From positions 326,988,001 to 327,052,000 of the forward strand of contig OZ024743.1 of assembly GCA_964016885.1 (NCBI GenBank): 64,000 nt of DNA. Direction: 5' to 3'. Under the pieces are notes generated by a model that saw only the letters and a list, made by a program, of their open reading frames with translations, was not told the origin of the DNA and searched no databases. Each line of letters starts with the position of its first letter. Position 1 is the stretch's first letter. Below, piece after piece: positions 19,661 through 32,394 of the stretch. A program made the position numbers and the translations under genes. The DNA is from Eledone cirrhosa (taxonomy: Eukaryota).

Positions 19661-20518
19661 ATACCACTATTGGCCGCTAAAGGGTTCTCACTAAAAATGA
19701 AAGGCAGGCTGTATGATGCCTGCATACGAACAGCAATGTTACATGGCAGTGAGACCTGGGCATTGTGTGCAGAGGATATACGCAGACTGAAAAGAAACGA
19801 AGCTTGCATGCTCCGCTGGATGTGTAATAGTAATATACGTGAACGGCAAAGCATAAACGAACTAAGGGAGAAATTAGGAATAAGAGGGATCAGATGCTGT
19901 TTACTCGAGAGAAGATTACGTTGGTATGGTCACGTGATGCGCATGAAAGATGACAGCTGTATAAAAAAGTGCAGGGCAATAAAAATAGACGGTAGCCACG
20001 GAGTAGGCAGACCCAGAAAAACCTGGGACGACTTGCTAAATTCCGACCTCACACACTTACACCTCTCCAAGACAATGTCACTGGACCGAGATCTTTGGCA
20101 ATACACAGTAATACAGAAGACCCGCCTTGCCTAAGTACAAAGCGAAACCTACAGTTAGTAGGCACCTCTAACAAAATACACCCCAACCCCACTACCCCCA
20201 CCCCGTCCACACCACCCCTTCCAATGTAAAGTTATGTTGGTACCACAGCATCCAGTCCGAAACAAATGAGGGCGTGTAGGTGTAACGACAAAAAAAAAAC
20301 ACACAGTCCACGCTGTAATGTGGCCGTGTAGGTAACACGGTAAAAACCTCCCAGTCCACACTGTAAATGTGGTTGGTGTTAGGAAGGGCATCCAGCCGTA
20401 GAAAACCTGCCAGACAGTCCCATACGAGCAAGACAACCAATTTTGCCTCAAGTGGGAAAATTCCCATCCAAACCCATGCTAGCGTGGAAGATGGACGTTA
20501 AACGATGATGATGATGAT
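19661..20518 (+). mobile_element. RTE family A 3' fragment with full 3' UTR and (GAT)n tail
   Basis: IPLLAAKGFSLKMKGRLYDAC...GRPRKTW; flanked by (TA)n on both sides. Confidence 0.92.
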
Positions 20519-20547
20519 ATATATATACATATATATATATATACATA

Positions 20548-20617
<70 letters not shown>

Positions 20618-20950
20618 CATATATACATACACACATATGGAATCTATTGATGTCATATTTGCACAAAGCCAACACGAGTCAATTTATCTGAATTAGCCAA
20701 ATTAACATATAATAAAGTCACTGTTTCAGAGCGGCAATAAATTAATTTTGAAAAGAGAGTTATGAACAAAAGGAGGCATAGACAACATATGGATTGTGCA
20801 TAGAAGACAACAACAAAAGCCCAGGATATATATATATATACACACAAACACACACGTGTGTGGGGGGAGGGGGGCACGTGTGTGTGTAGGTTCCCGATTG
20901 GTGTCGGGGTAACCACAGTTAAAAACGACACTCAATACGTTTATTATGTT

Positions 20951-21061
20951 TAGAAATGACTTCTACAGGACAAGAACTGTTTTATTTGTATAAAATCATT
21001 AGGAGATTCCTGATGATTTTATACAAATTAAACAGTTCTAATCATGTAGAAGTCATTTCTA
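20951..21061. repeat. 54-bp inverted repeat with a 3-nt loop
   Basis: Arms 20951-21004 and 21008-21061 match at 49 of 54 positions (manual alignment). Confidence 0.92.
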
Positions 21062-22130
21062 TATATAATATATATAAGTTTATATCTATAATACATATAT
21101 TATTTGTATAGATACATGGGAGTAGGTTGAAACTGAGAACAAAATAGAATCAAATCAAAGCACCTGAGTAACAAATGAGTAGATAGAGAGAGAGAGAGAG
21201 AGAGAGGCAGAGAGTACTATTTTTGTATATATATACTTGTCTTCAGTAGTGTACAGAAGGATAAATGATATAATAAAATATCATTGTCAGAATTAATAAA
21301 ACACTGTTTGTCACTTGGATCAAAAATATAGCAAAACAAATTACAATATTTTATATTTTTTAGTCTAGTGTTAAACAGATTTATAATACTTCTGACAGAT
21401 ATACTTTATTGCTACACACACACATTATATATATATACACACACATTCGCACATTCAGACAGAGCAGGAGAGATGAAAAGATACAAATTTAGTTAATATT
21501 GTTACATTTTTCTTTGCGTTTTTTATTCAAATCATCATCAAAGTTAATGGAAGGCCAATAGCTCAATATTTTTGGTATGTGTACAAATATTTATTTATTT
21601 ACATGCATTCATAAAAATATAACATATATGACAGTTACTATATCTTCCATATCATGCTTTCATTTTGAAAGAAAAAAAACAACACATAAAACAATTGATA
21701 GTATCATTATTATTATCATATTATTATTATTATTGATTTCTTTCTTTCTAGCCAATCAAATTTTTACATTTTCCTCTCTTGCTCCCAAACCCAAACACTT
21801 TTAATACAATTATATATATATATCTTTATATATATAATCTCATCATATATTATATGTGTGTGTATGTTTGTGTGTGTGTGTATATATATATATAGATATA
21901 TATATATAGTTACTTGAATGTGATTTTGTATTATGAAAGAATGAGCCCTCGATATGCAAACATAGAGGTGATTTATATATTTGAATATATGGTATTAGTT
22001 GAATATTCAAGGGACTAATAGTTTCATAGTCTTTGCATCTCGTACATACAGCTTCTGATAATGGAGAATACATGCATTTAACAACAAAGTCTATGAAATG
22101 CATAATTCCATGAACATTCAACTCAAACCA

Positions 22131-22181
<51 letters not shown>

Positions 22182-22877
22182 CTTCCTTCGCAAAACTCAC
22201 ATTAGTGTAATAAAATACTCCAACAAATGTGAGAGTAGACAGAGATAGTGTGGGTGGGTGAGGACCAATTTGTAATGATCAAAGAGATTTGAAGAGAGGA
22301 GCAGCAATCTGCAGAAATCTCTCATAAACAAACAACAAGTTAGCTAGCATCCAGATGCAATCATTGATAAACTGCATGGAACTTTTTTCTTTTCCTTTCA
22401 TTTTTTACAACCGAATAAAAAAAAATTCTTCTAAAATTTCATCTCTTCACATTATTATTATAAATCTTTATTACTATTATTATTATTATCATTGTTTTAT
22501 TATGTCTTTTATAAATTTTTCTTTGTTCCTTTATTTTTCTTCTTACTTTATACCATGTATGTCACCAATTGATAAATGAAAAGATAAAACAGGTACAAAA
22601 TCTAAAGTAGCATGAAATTTCTGGTTTGTTTTTTGGACAGGGTCAAGATAGAACTAGAAACTTTGTATGACACACATATTTTGATATGGTCTATAGATTG
22701 TTTTAGCATTGGGGGGGGGGGGGGGGGGGACACAGAAAGAAGACAAAGAAAACAAAACAAAGAAAAAAAAAATCACCAGACTTTTAAACCAAGTTTCAAA
22801 TATAATTTAAAAAGAAAGAAAAAAAATACAGAAAGAGATGATACTGATAATAATGATGACAATAATAATCATCATAA

Positions 22878-23065
22878 TAATTGTTTCTACTTTTGGCACA
22901 AGGCCAGTAATTACCCAGTACATTACTGGTACTTTATTTTATCAACCTCATAAGGATGAAAGGCAAAGTTAACCTCGGCGGGATTTGAACTCAGAATGGC
23001 AAGGGCCGTAACTCTATACGTCAAAACATGGGGTCCGACCCTCTACCAATACTACCAATCCACTG
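22878..23065 (-). mobile_element. tRNA-derived SINE (SINE-2)
   Basis: Minus strand gtggattggtagtattggtagagggtcgg...gagttcaaatcccgccgagg...aaagtaccag...ggccttgtgcc; homologous to 56968-57158. Confidence 0.85.
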
Positions 23066-23079
23066 CCATCATCATAATA

Positions 23080-23283
23080 ATGATTTCTAACAAAGGCACA
23101 AGGCCATCAATTTGGGGGGGAAGGGAAAATTGGTTAAATAGATTCCAGTACTTGACTGGTACTTTATTTTATCGATTCCAGAAGGATGAAAGTCAAAGTT
23201 GATCTAAGCGGGATTTGAACTCAGAACAAAAACTGCTAAGCATTTTGTCCAATGTTCTAACAACTCTGCCAATCCACTACCTT
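23080..23283 (-). mobile_element. Diverged SINE-2-like copy
   Basis: Minus strand gtggattggcagagttgttagaac...gagttcaaatcccgc...aaagtaccag...ggccttgtgcc. Confidence 0.75.
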
Positions 23284-23398
23284 TTATAATAATGATAATA
23301 AGTACAATATCCTAAGTAGGCAAGTGTGTTGTTGCCTAAGAACAAAACTAATAATAATAATAACAATAATAATTGTTTCTACTTTTGGCACAAGGCCA

Positions 23399-23435
23399 GA
23401 ATAATAATAATAATAATAATAATGATAACAATGAC

Positions 23436-23485
<50 letters not shown>
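23399..23485. repeat. (AAT)n microsatellite
   Basis: Seen directly. Confidence 0.95.
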
Positions 23486-23486
<1 letters not shown>

Positions 23487-24424
23487 TGCCTGAAGAGAGA
23501 AAATTAGACATAAAAGGAGTGTAGGACAGGTGTTAAGGGTATGAAGTAATAGACCGACATCTATACAAATGTATATACACGGGCAGCACGTTTATTTTTT
23601 TTTCCGTTTTTTGTTTGGTTTGGTTTTTTGTCAGGCCAATATGGTGATGAGAGAGAGACAGAAAGATGAGGGAAAGAGGGGAGAGAGAGATGGGGAATAT
23701 TCTTAAGGAAATAGCTTCACAACTTTCTTTTCATTTTTCCATTCTGTTCTTTTTATGAAGTTATTTGTCTGTACAGTGGAGTGAGTAGGAATGGAAAGGG
23801 GACAGAATAATGAGAGAAGGGAGAAGGAAAAAGGGCAGAGCTATAGCTAGACAGAAATTACATTTATATTGTTGGTATCAAATGGATACATAAAGGAACT
23901 TAATATCAAGGAAACAGTAACAGGTATGATGCAGCAATCACCAAGAAAAAACAAAAAACAATCCACAGAGCATCCATTCGTTGGCATTTTTTTTTTTTTT
24001 TTGGCTTTAGTTTTGTTGGTATTTTTTAGCAGCAACAAGCTTTTCACAAATTTCTTTTCTAGTATTCTTTCAGAGGAAAACACGTTTTATTGTTTGTTGA
24101 TAATCCAGAGGGTTAAAAACAATTTGAGAAGTAGGATGGGGGGGAAACTGTAATTTTATTCAACAGTTGAATTAAGCAGCTCTTGCTGCTGCTATTGTTG
24201 CTGTATCCACACTAATCATGTAATCATGCCAAACATTTACTGGCTACAGCAAATATTTGACTAATGTTACAATGCTTAGTTGAGCATGTATGTATGTATA
24301 AATGTATATATGCAAGAAGTATTATGCATGCATTATCAATATATGTATATGTCAATGCATGTAAGTGGACAAGGAGCATGTTTGAAGTTGTCAATATGCC
24401 AGGAGAATTAGTACAGGCTGAGTA

Positions 24425-24484
24425 TCACAAAAAGGGGTTTGTGGAACTGCTTCGAGGTGGAACTTGCTGTTGTGTGGCAGCAGA
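24425..24484 (-). CDS. AGFG1: AGFG1 last coding exon ending in NPFL-stop
   Basis: Acceptor ttttttag|, then SAATQQQVPPRSSSTNPFL-TGA (60 nt). A C-terminal SSTNPFL is characteristic of AGFG1. Confidence 0.92.
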   Translation of the reverse strand, partial: SAATQQQVPPRSSSTNPFL

Positions 24485-24929
24485 CTAAAAAATTAAAAAG
24501 AATCATTTTTAAAAACTGTAACCAAAAAAAAAATGATTTTTATATAATGATCAATGATCAACATTCTAGATTGTCATTAAAGAAAATGACTGTATCAAGA
24601 CATAATTATTGACTCATACAATAAATGAACCTAATACATTCTGTAAAATAGTTGGTGATAGGAAGGGCATCTAGCTGTAGAAATTTTGCCAAACAAAGAA
24701 CCAGGAAGATTTTTCAGCTGTGTCAAAGGTATATTAGTAAATCCCTTCAAATTCTTGATTATTTTCAAAATGATTTGAAAATTATAAGCAATGTCTTTCA
24801 TTAACAATATGATAAAAAAAGGGTTAAACATATATCAATCTAAGAAAGAGTCTATACCAAAGGTAACAGTAGAAAGAACCTAAATTCACGTGTCTTTTTA
24901 TATCTAAAGTTACACATACATACAGACAC

Positions 24930-25530
24930 ATCATCATCATGAACTGTCTAACATCCGTTCTCCCTGCTAGCAAAGGTTGGACAGGTCAACCAAGACCAAG
25001 TCAGAACTTAATCAGAGCTATTGATATCACAGATTAGCCAAGGGCCTGCACTCACACACTCTCTCTTTCTCCAAAGGGCCCCCAAGTGCATTTCCGTGGC
25101 ACCAGCACTAGGGCAGTTGTTCATGATTAACTGCTTTTCAAACAACTTTGTGCTGCTATGGTCTACTCTCTCATCATCATCATCATCATTTAACAACCAT
25201 TCTCCCTGCTAGCAAGGGTTGGATGAGTTGTCACTACTGACCTTTCAGATGGAGTTTTTTTTTTTGTGGGGAGGGGGGTGCACCTCACATACACATATTG
25301 CTGCACTCTACAGAGTGCATTGGGTACATTTTATCATGGCACCTGCACTAGGGAGGTTGTCATATCTTTGACACAACTGAAGAGTCCTCCTCACTATTTG
25401 GCAAGTTTTTTAATGGTTAGATGCCCTTCTTAGCACAAACCACTTTACAAAGTGTACAGGGTGTGTTTTATCTTATCCACACCAGCACTAAAGAGGTGTT
25501 TTTGACACAACTGAAATGTCCTCTTGACGC
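24930..25530 (-). mobile_element. Degenerate RTE-related non-autonomous repeats (two 3' ends)
   Basis: catcatcat tails, ccctgctagcaagggttgga terminal hairpins, and decayed gatgccctt and ggcacc modules. Confidence 0.6.
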
Positions 25531-25690
25531 TTCTGGGAATTAAAATTAATTTCTTTGATTTGCTTTGAAACTCAGACCTCTTCCCACAACACTAATATTT
25601 TTGAAACACTGCATGTGTATAAGGATAAGAATTTAAAACTTATATCTTGAACCAACAAAGAAAATTTATGTAAAAATAAAAGATACTTAC

Positions 25691-26079
25691 CATGAAAGGA
25701 TTAGCTGATGAAACAGAATTTGGAGCCCAACCACTCCCAAAAGCCTGGGCTGCAGGATGTGTTGCAAATCCACTGAACTTGTCCATTTGTCCAGGAGGGG
25801 CAAATGCTTGCATTGACTGGTGAGGCACTCCAAACGTCTGCACTGACTGCTGAGGTATAGCAAAGCCAGCTGAAGTTGCAGGAGACATAGCATTGAAGTT
25901 GCCATTCTGCATACCAAATTGGTTGAAACCAGAATTTGTTGTGGGTTGCACTTGATTGCTAAATAGCGAATTAGTACCATTACCTCCATTTCCTGCTGTA
26001 GGAGTGCCTATAGCAAAAGGATTTCCTCCACCAGCCACTGGTGCTTGAGAAAATACACTGGTTCCAAAAGGATTAGGTA
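25691..26079 (-). CDS. AGFG1: AGFG1 exon with three NPF motifs and FG repeats
   Basis: Acceptor ttcttacag| and donor |gtaagt; 389 nt, phase 1-0. VPNPFGTS...GGNPFAIG...SSANPFM. Confidence 0.93.
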
Positions 26080-26328
26080 CTGTAAGAAAGGTATTTTTCA
26101 TATATATAATATATTTATTAGCAGAGAAAATGGATGTTAAATGGTGATAAATATGTGTGTCAGTATACACACACAATTAATAAATCCCTCCAAATTCTTG
26201 ATTATTTTTTAAATGATTTGAAAATTACAGGTAGTGTATTTCATTAGAAATAAGGTAACAAAAAGGTTATGTATTTATAGTTATCTAAAATCCTATTAAA
26301 ATTTTATGTAGGAACCTCTACATAGTTA

Positions 26329-27092
26329 CCGTATATACTCGAATATAAGTCGAAGCATATGTGACCAAAAACACCCACAGTAAAATCCCCCTCCCCCCTT
26401 ATATTCGGTGTCAATATTTTGACAACTTTCACCAGCCTCAAATTCTACATAAATAAGGTGCTAAAGTATCTGGAGTGATTATTTTACAATGAAACAGTTT
26501 TTCTAATTTACATAGTCATTGGTGTTATTTATGCATTCCTTTGAAAATATATCTAACAGATTTTTATAATTTAAACTTTTTAATACATAAATATCCCATA
26601 CAAAATACATGCATACACAAATGCAGAAACACATACATGTTTTTCTCAGTTATTACTTTTTCAATCTCCTGTAAGATTGAAATCTTACTTCTGATTTGAT
26701 TTTATTGCTCTCATCCTCTCTTTTTCTCACTCTGCCTCTCTTCTCTCTCTCCTTTCCACTTCTACTCAATGAATCCCTATACAAAGTTCTTTTATTCAAT
26801 CTTGCTTTCAAAGTACATGTGAAAGGCCGAAAATAAACAAAAATTCAAGAAACTTGTTCAAACTTAATGTAATGGAGTGCAGAATAAAAAAAATATTCTA
26901 AGCAACACTTAAAACATTTTAAACATTAAAATATTAAAACTTCATAAATATATTCTATACTCATGAGAATTTCAAAACCATGCCATCTAAAGCAATGTGT
27001 TGATAGCTGCCTTGGCTTATAAACGGGGTTTGGAGTTTTGCCCATTTCTCAGACATAAAATAAAGAGGTTGGCTTATATTCAAATATATTCC
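26329..27092. mobile_element. pogo/Tigger-like non-autonomous DNA transposon remnant
   Basis: Begins ta|ccgtatatactcgaatataagtcga and ends ..ttggcttatattcaaatata (degenerate inverted termini). A related piece lies at about 40190-40620. Confidence 0.55.
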
Positions 27093-27289
27093 AAACATCA
27101 GCTAAATAATGAGAAAGTTAGTTATATTACTAAATCTCTCTGAATATTCAAATTCAGTTGAAAATAATAGTGTTTTTCATCAGAAATGTGGTAATGAAAG
27201 TGTTAAATTTTTCTGTACATTGCCCATAGACTGACTGAATACACACATACTTTTTCTCAAAATTTTCTATTCTGTTCCTTTCTCTTCTA

Positions 27290-27430
27290 ACTCACTATCT
27301 TTCTATTTTTCATTCTATCTTCTGATGAAGGACCAGTGTCTGAAACAAAGACTCTTTTCCTACTATCAAACACTAAATTAATATATTTCTTCATTGTACT
27401 GTGTTCGCTTTGTTCTTTCATTGTTAATGA
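27290..27430 (+). mobile_element. Degenerate PLE-like short repeat with hammerhead core remnant
   Basis: ctgatgaa-ggac-cagt-gtct-gaaac at 27322-27346; stems I and III not recognisable. Confidence 0.4.
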
Positions 27431-28043
27431 TAAGATCATCCAGCTATATAAATACTTGCTAAAACAAAAACCTTAATTTGTATCAACAGAAAAAAGTTGC
27501 CTGCAAAACTTTTAACAAGTAGATAGAATCCTATTTTGTGAAGCATCTGGATAAACATCACTGGGGTTTTAGAAATATTCTCCTCCACGAGTAAAAAAAG
27601 TAAGGAATAATGGATTAGCTGGCTCTGAGTTGGGCAACAGTAAATTCTATGACAAAATTGATCAACTTGTTTCAACCATCAATTTGATACAACTGAGTGA
27701 GACAAGAAGAAAAACTATCATTTCTTCATTCTCTATTATTTCACAAACAGAAATAAATTTACAATATTTTCCATATTTGATTTACAAACATTTTATACTC
27801 TAAAATTTGAAATGTAGTTGTCTTAATACAAGTGACTAAGTCAATTACTATTAAAGTTGAGGCAGCGAGTACTCTACCTAATTTTCTTAACTATTACGTA
27901 TAGTAATTGACTATTATTATGATCATTTGCATTGGGTCTACTACATTTAAAATTTTCACTAATGATTCTTAAGTCAACCAAGTGTTTACAAAAAGGAATT
28001 AAGAAAAAAAAAATAGAAAAAGTAAAAAGATTTAAATAATCAC

Positions 28044-28544
28044 CTGCATTTCCAAATGCTGTTTGTGATGCAGTGACACCAACTGGTACACCCCAGTTCA
28101 TATTAGTTGATGCATTTCCAGGAGCTCCTTGTGTACCCCATTCCATTTGAGAACCACTTGTAGTAGGGGCATTTCCAAAAGCAAAGCCACCAGTGCTATT
28201 AGCAGGAATTGCTGAGTTAACACCAGTGGTACTGGAAGGAGGAGTATTCAGCCCTCCACCCCAATTGATTGCATGGGCTGTGTTGTTTGCATTAGTTGGA
28301 ACATTCCATGTTGACGGTGCAGTTGTGCTCACAGCACTGCCACCACTACCACCACCTCCTGCTCCACTGCCATTGTCAGAGAAAACACTACAGAGATCTG
28401 CTAATGCAGCATACTTATCCGTAGACTGGTTGTTGGTCGGCTGAGGATTGGATAAAGTAGTAACAGTTGAAGAGGTTGGAAAGTTGGCAAATCCACCATT
28501 TGAAACCGTAGAAGGACCTCCCAATCCTAAGGGCTGCAGTGGAG
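28044..28544 (-). CDS. AGFG1: AGFG1 exon with FANF, DKYAALADL and FG repeats
   Basis: Acceptor cctttttag| and donor |gtgatt; 501 nt, phase 1-1. APLQPLGLGGPSTVSNGGFANF...STDKYAALADLCSVFS...AFGNA; DKYAALA-L-SVFS is a conserved AGFG motif. Confidence 0.92.
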
Positions 28545-29084
28545 CTAAAAAGGAAAAAATAAGGAAAAATTAGATATATACATTATTTATATGCACATAC
28601 ACATACATACACAAGCACATATATATATACATATATGAAGTGTTCATGAAGATCAGGAAGACCATAGATCAGGATAATACTCAATGCATGTTTCAGTACA
28701 GAATAGGTATAGTAATCAGTAAAATTCCAACAGAGGGCCCACATTCTTTCGGCTGGCCTGCAAGCTAACTAAATTTGAGCCAGTTAGATTATAAGCTAGC
28801 CAAAACAGAGTGGGCCCTGTTATAGTCTTACTAATACACTTGCTAAACAAAAGAAATGAGATTATATCACATTACAGATAACCAATGATATAGCAATAGC
28901 ACTATGGAAACACCTTGAAGACTTGACCCCAAACAGCATATTTAAATCATGTGCAACACACACACAATCAGCACTACTGTTTTACAGAGTGGACTGGGTG
29001 CATTTTATTGTGGTGCCATCAGTACCACTTTAAAGTGTGGGCTGAGTGCATTTTATAATGCCACCTGCATTACCACTTTACAGA

Positions 29085-29640
29085 AAGAACAGGAGAGATT
29101 CACATACCAAAACCAATAAACCATAAAAACAAGATGTATGATCAATGAACTGTAAAAACTACTAGACCATGAAAACAACAAGAGATGTATTGGGATTACA
29201 GGCAGATAAATGGAGAAGAGAAACTTTGTATACAGCAGATGCACAAGAGAAGTAAGCACTATGACTACATGTGAAATAGATTCCCTCAGTTGCCAAAAAT
29301 TGTTGACAGCTCTTGTTACCTAAGTAACAGTAGTAGTGAAGGATGTTGTGAAAGTGTGATAGCCAGAATTAAGAACAGGCTGGAAGAAGTTTAGGGAGTT
29401 GGTACCTTTGCTGACAACAATAGACTTCTCCCTCAAAGTTAAGGGTAGATTGTATGATAACTGCATGCAAACTGCAATGCTAAATGGCAGTGAGAAATGA
29501 ACCTTGATTGTTGAAGACATGTAAAGGCTGGAAAGAAATGAGGTGAATATGCTCCACTGGATGTGTAAGATTAGTGAGCATGAACAACACAGCATAACTA
29601 AGCTGAGAGAAAAATTTAGAAATGTGTTCAACAAAACAAT
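29085..29640 (+). mobile_element. Old degenerate RTE fragment
   Basis: Decayed ..RTGWKKFRELVPLLT..FSLKVKGRLYDNCMQTAMLNGSE.. homology. Confidence 0.8.
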
Positions 29641-31507
29641 CATTTTTATTAACTCTAAATGTCCTGAACCACATGAAACCACATTAACAAGACATACTTG
29701 AAAAATACAAAAGACAATTATGACTGCATTAAAGACTCAATTTAATTCTTTAGTTTACTGCAAATTTTCACAAAGGTCTGTCCACTAGCAAAGATATAAT
29801 AACATGTAAATTAACAGGCCTTACAAAATGTTAAGAGTAAAAACATTAATTTGAAAAAAGGAAATATACTCAATGACCCTAAGAAGAAAAAGTTCCCAAT
29901 AAAACTGGTTTTCTACAAATAATTTTATTTTTTTTAAATATAAAAAAAAATATAAGCAACCAAAAGAAAAAAGACCTGTGAGGACTCTTGTGTCAAGGAC
30001 ACAACAACCTCTCTAGTGTTGGTGACATGATAGAACACACCCAGTACATCCTGTAAAGTGGTTGGTAATAGGAGGGGCATCCAGCCATAGAAAAGGTAGG
30101 GAGGACTCTTCAGTTGTATCAATGACAAGACAACCTCCCCAGTGCTGGTGCCAAAATAAAATGCATGGTGCACTCTGCAGAGTACAAGATTAGTGAACAT
30201 ATGAGGATGAGGGTGAGGATGATGATCAGGGTGTTGAAAACTTTTTAAAATGTCACTAAAAACAAAAATAAGACAAACTATGAAATCAAAATAAGAAAGT
30301 AACCCCAAAAAATCACAAGCAAAGTCCCAAATAAATATAACATAAGAAAAGGAACACAAGAGACCAAGTAAAAGAACAAACTGAAACCAGTGGATCATAA
30401 AAAAACAAATATACTGAGTAATAACTGATCTAATATACCCTTTTGATACCAATCCACCCTGGTTCTATAAAACAAAACCACCTGTTTTAAAGACTTCCTA
30501 TTTAAATTATAATCTTCCAACAATTGTATATAAGAACCATATGTTACTATCTGTAATGAAAGTTACTATTTTAATAATAAAATAAATAATTTTCGTAAAT
30601 CCCTCAAAATTCTTTAACTTATTGAACGCATTTCATTAGAAATAGTCACAAAAGGGTTAAATAAACTATATACACTTCAACATGTAGTGAGTACTTTCTT
30701 CCTGATTCACCAGCAAAAACTTATATATGATCATACACAAACATTGATACATGATTATAAATTTTGATTGTAACAGAAACTTTGAAAACAAGAATAAAGG
30801 AATATACCAACAAACAATTGAGTATCTTGTAAACAATTACATGGATATTCAAATATCTGAGAATAAATGACAAATTGCCAAAGTGCCCTAAACAGTACAG
30901 TATTAAGTCTAAATATATTTGCAATTACACTTGACAGCAAAACAACTAATAAAACAGATACACCATTTTAATTCTTAATTACTACATGGAACCACACTAG
31001 CAAGACATTTTAAAACAGTACAAAACAGCACTATGATTGCATTACATTAAAAATTAAAGTTTTTATTCAAACACTGCAAAATTTCACAATGATCTGTCCA
31101 CTAGCTAAAATATTATAAACACCAGACCCAGTTTTTTAAGACATTTTCTATTAAGTCATTAGAGTTCAGAGTTAAATTGATTTAGAATTTCTATATGCTA
31201 TCCTTGATATTGTTTCTCACCATTACATCATGTAGTTTTGTTTCCAGCTGTTTTTTTTTTTTTTTACTTGATTTCTATTTAGTGAATAAAAAACCTAATA
31301 TTTTATGGGCAATTTTACTGCATCAAATGACCTTTCAGCATTTAGTCCTTTCAACAATTACTATGAAATTTTGAAAGAAGAAAAAAAAACAAGTTGGAAG
31401 ATATGCAACCACATGAACAAAATATGATTTTTTTTTTTAAATCAAATTTTTACAACAAACGAAGACATTTCGCAACTACTCTCATAACTATTTGAATTAA
31501 GGTTTAA

Positions 31508-31719
31508 CTCTTAACATCCTGTACTGCATGAAACCGCATTAGCAAGATATCATTGAAAAGTATAGAACAGCACTAGGTATCATATTAAAATTTAAAGCCT
31601 TTACTCTGATACTGCAAATTTTCACAAGAATCTGTCACTAGTAAAGATACTCTAAACATTTGAATTAACAAAACCTGTTATTAGATATTTTCTGCAAAAT
31701 CATTACAGGATGTTAAGAG
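31508..31719. mobile_element. TTAA-flanked MITE (piggyBac-like), TIR CTCTTAACATCCTGTA
   Basis: Perfect 16-bp TIRs and TTAA on both sides. Related copies at 51350-51564, about 29650-29840 and about 30970-31170. Confidence 0.88.
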
Positions 31720-31906
31720 TTAAAGCAATACACTATCATTAAAAGTTATATTTTTTACGTATTTTTACTTCTCATGGACAAGAGAAAAGATACAGAGACA
31801 AACAAAACAAAAAGATTGGAGCTGAACAGCTGTTAATTTGATAACTAGGAGGGAATTGAAAAATATCAAGATCGGCACAATGAAGTCAAAAAGATGATAA
31901 ACAAAC

Positions 31907-31990
31907 CACTAGATGTTGGTGAGAAAGCATTGGAACCTGTTGGAGTTGAGGACTGGCTACTAAATTGGCTAAAATCAGCAAATCCACCAC
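31907..31990 (-). CDS. AGFG1: AGFG1 small symmetric exon (FADF motif)
   Basis: Acceptor cttctcag| and donor |gtttgt; 84 nt, phase 1-1. GGGFADFSQFSSQSSTPTGSNAFSPTSS. Not in the ORF track; found by reading. Confidence 0.8.
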
Positions 31991-32077
31991 CTGAGAAGCA
32001 GAAAAATATTATTAAAAAATAAATCAAACCTTGAAGAAGAAAAAAAAATATGAAAGTGAAAAAGGTGCAGAATATTT

Positions 32078-32143
32078 CCCAGAGGGATCATGCTGAAATC
32101 CCAGAGGAATCATGCTGAAATCCCAGAGGAATCATGCTGGAAT
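32078..32143. repeat. 22-bp tandem repeat x3 (cccagaggaatcatgctgaaat)
   Basis: Seen directly; copies 1 and 3 each carry one substitution. Confidence 0.9.
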
Positions 32144-32394
32144 GCAGAAGGAAGGCACTAGCTAGACAATATGGTTTTATAGAAAAAACGTTTTAATTTC
32201 TTTAACTTGCATTAACTATTTGAAGCACAGAGTGGTGGATTCGCAGAATCATTAATGCATTGGACAAATTGCTTTGTGGCATTTAGTTACAACTCTTTAC
32301 ATTTTGAGTTCAAATCCCACTTAGGTCCACTTTGTTTTCCATCTTTCATGCGTCGATAAAATAAAGTGCCAGTTAAGTTCTGGAATTGATTTAA

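Larger units (their letters stand above)
20920..24424 (-). other. Putative long AU-rich 3' UTR of AGFG1
   Basis: Mostly unique, microsatellite-rich sequence downstream of the stop codon. Candidate minus-strand AATAAA at 20981-20986 and 20940-20945, the latter followed by GT-rich sequence. The true end cannot be fixed without transcript data. Confidence 0.35.

Noticed and set aside
27874-28043. ORF extensions past AGFG1 donor sites (also 25640-25690, 38871-38953, 41932-41970)
   Set aside because: Read-through into introns; GT donors and phase matching define the exon ends.
32078-32143. Direct repeats resembling a CRISPR array
   Set aside because: Contiguous tandem units with no spacers, in a eukaryotic intron, with no cas genes.
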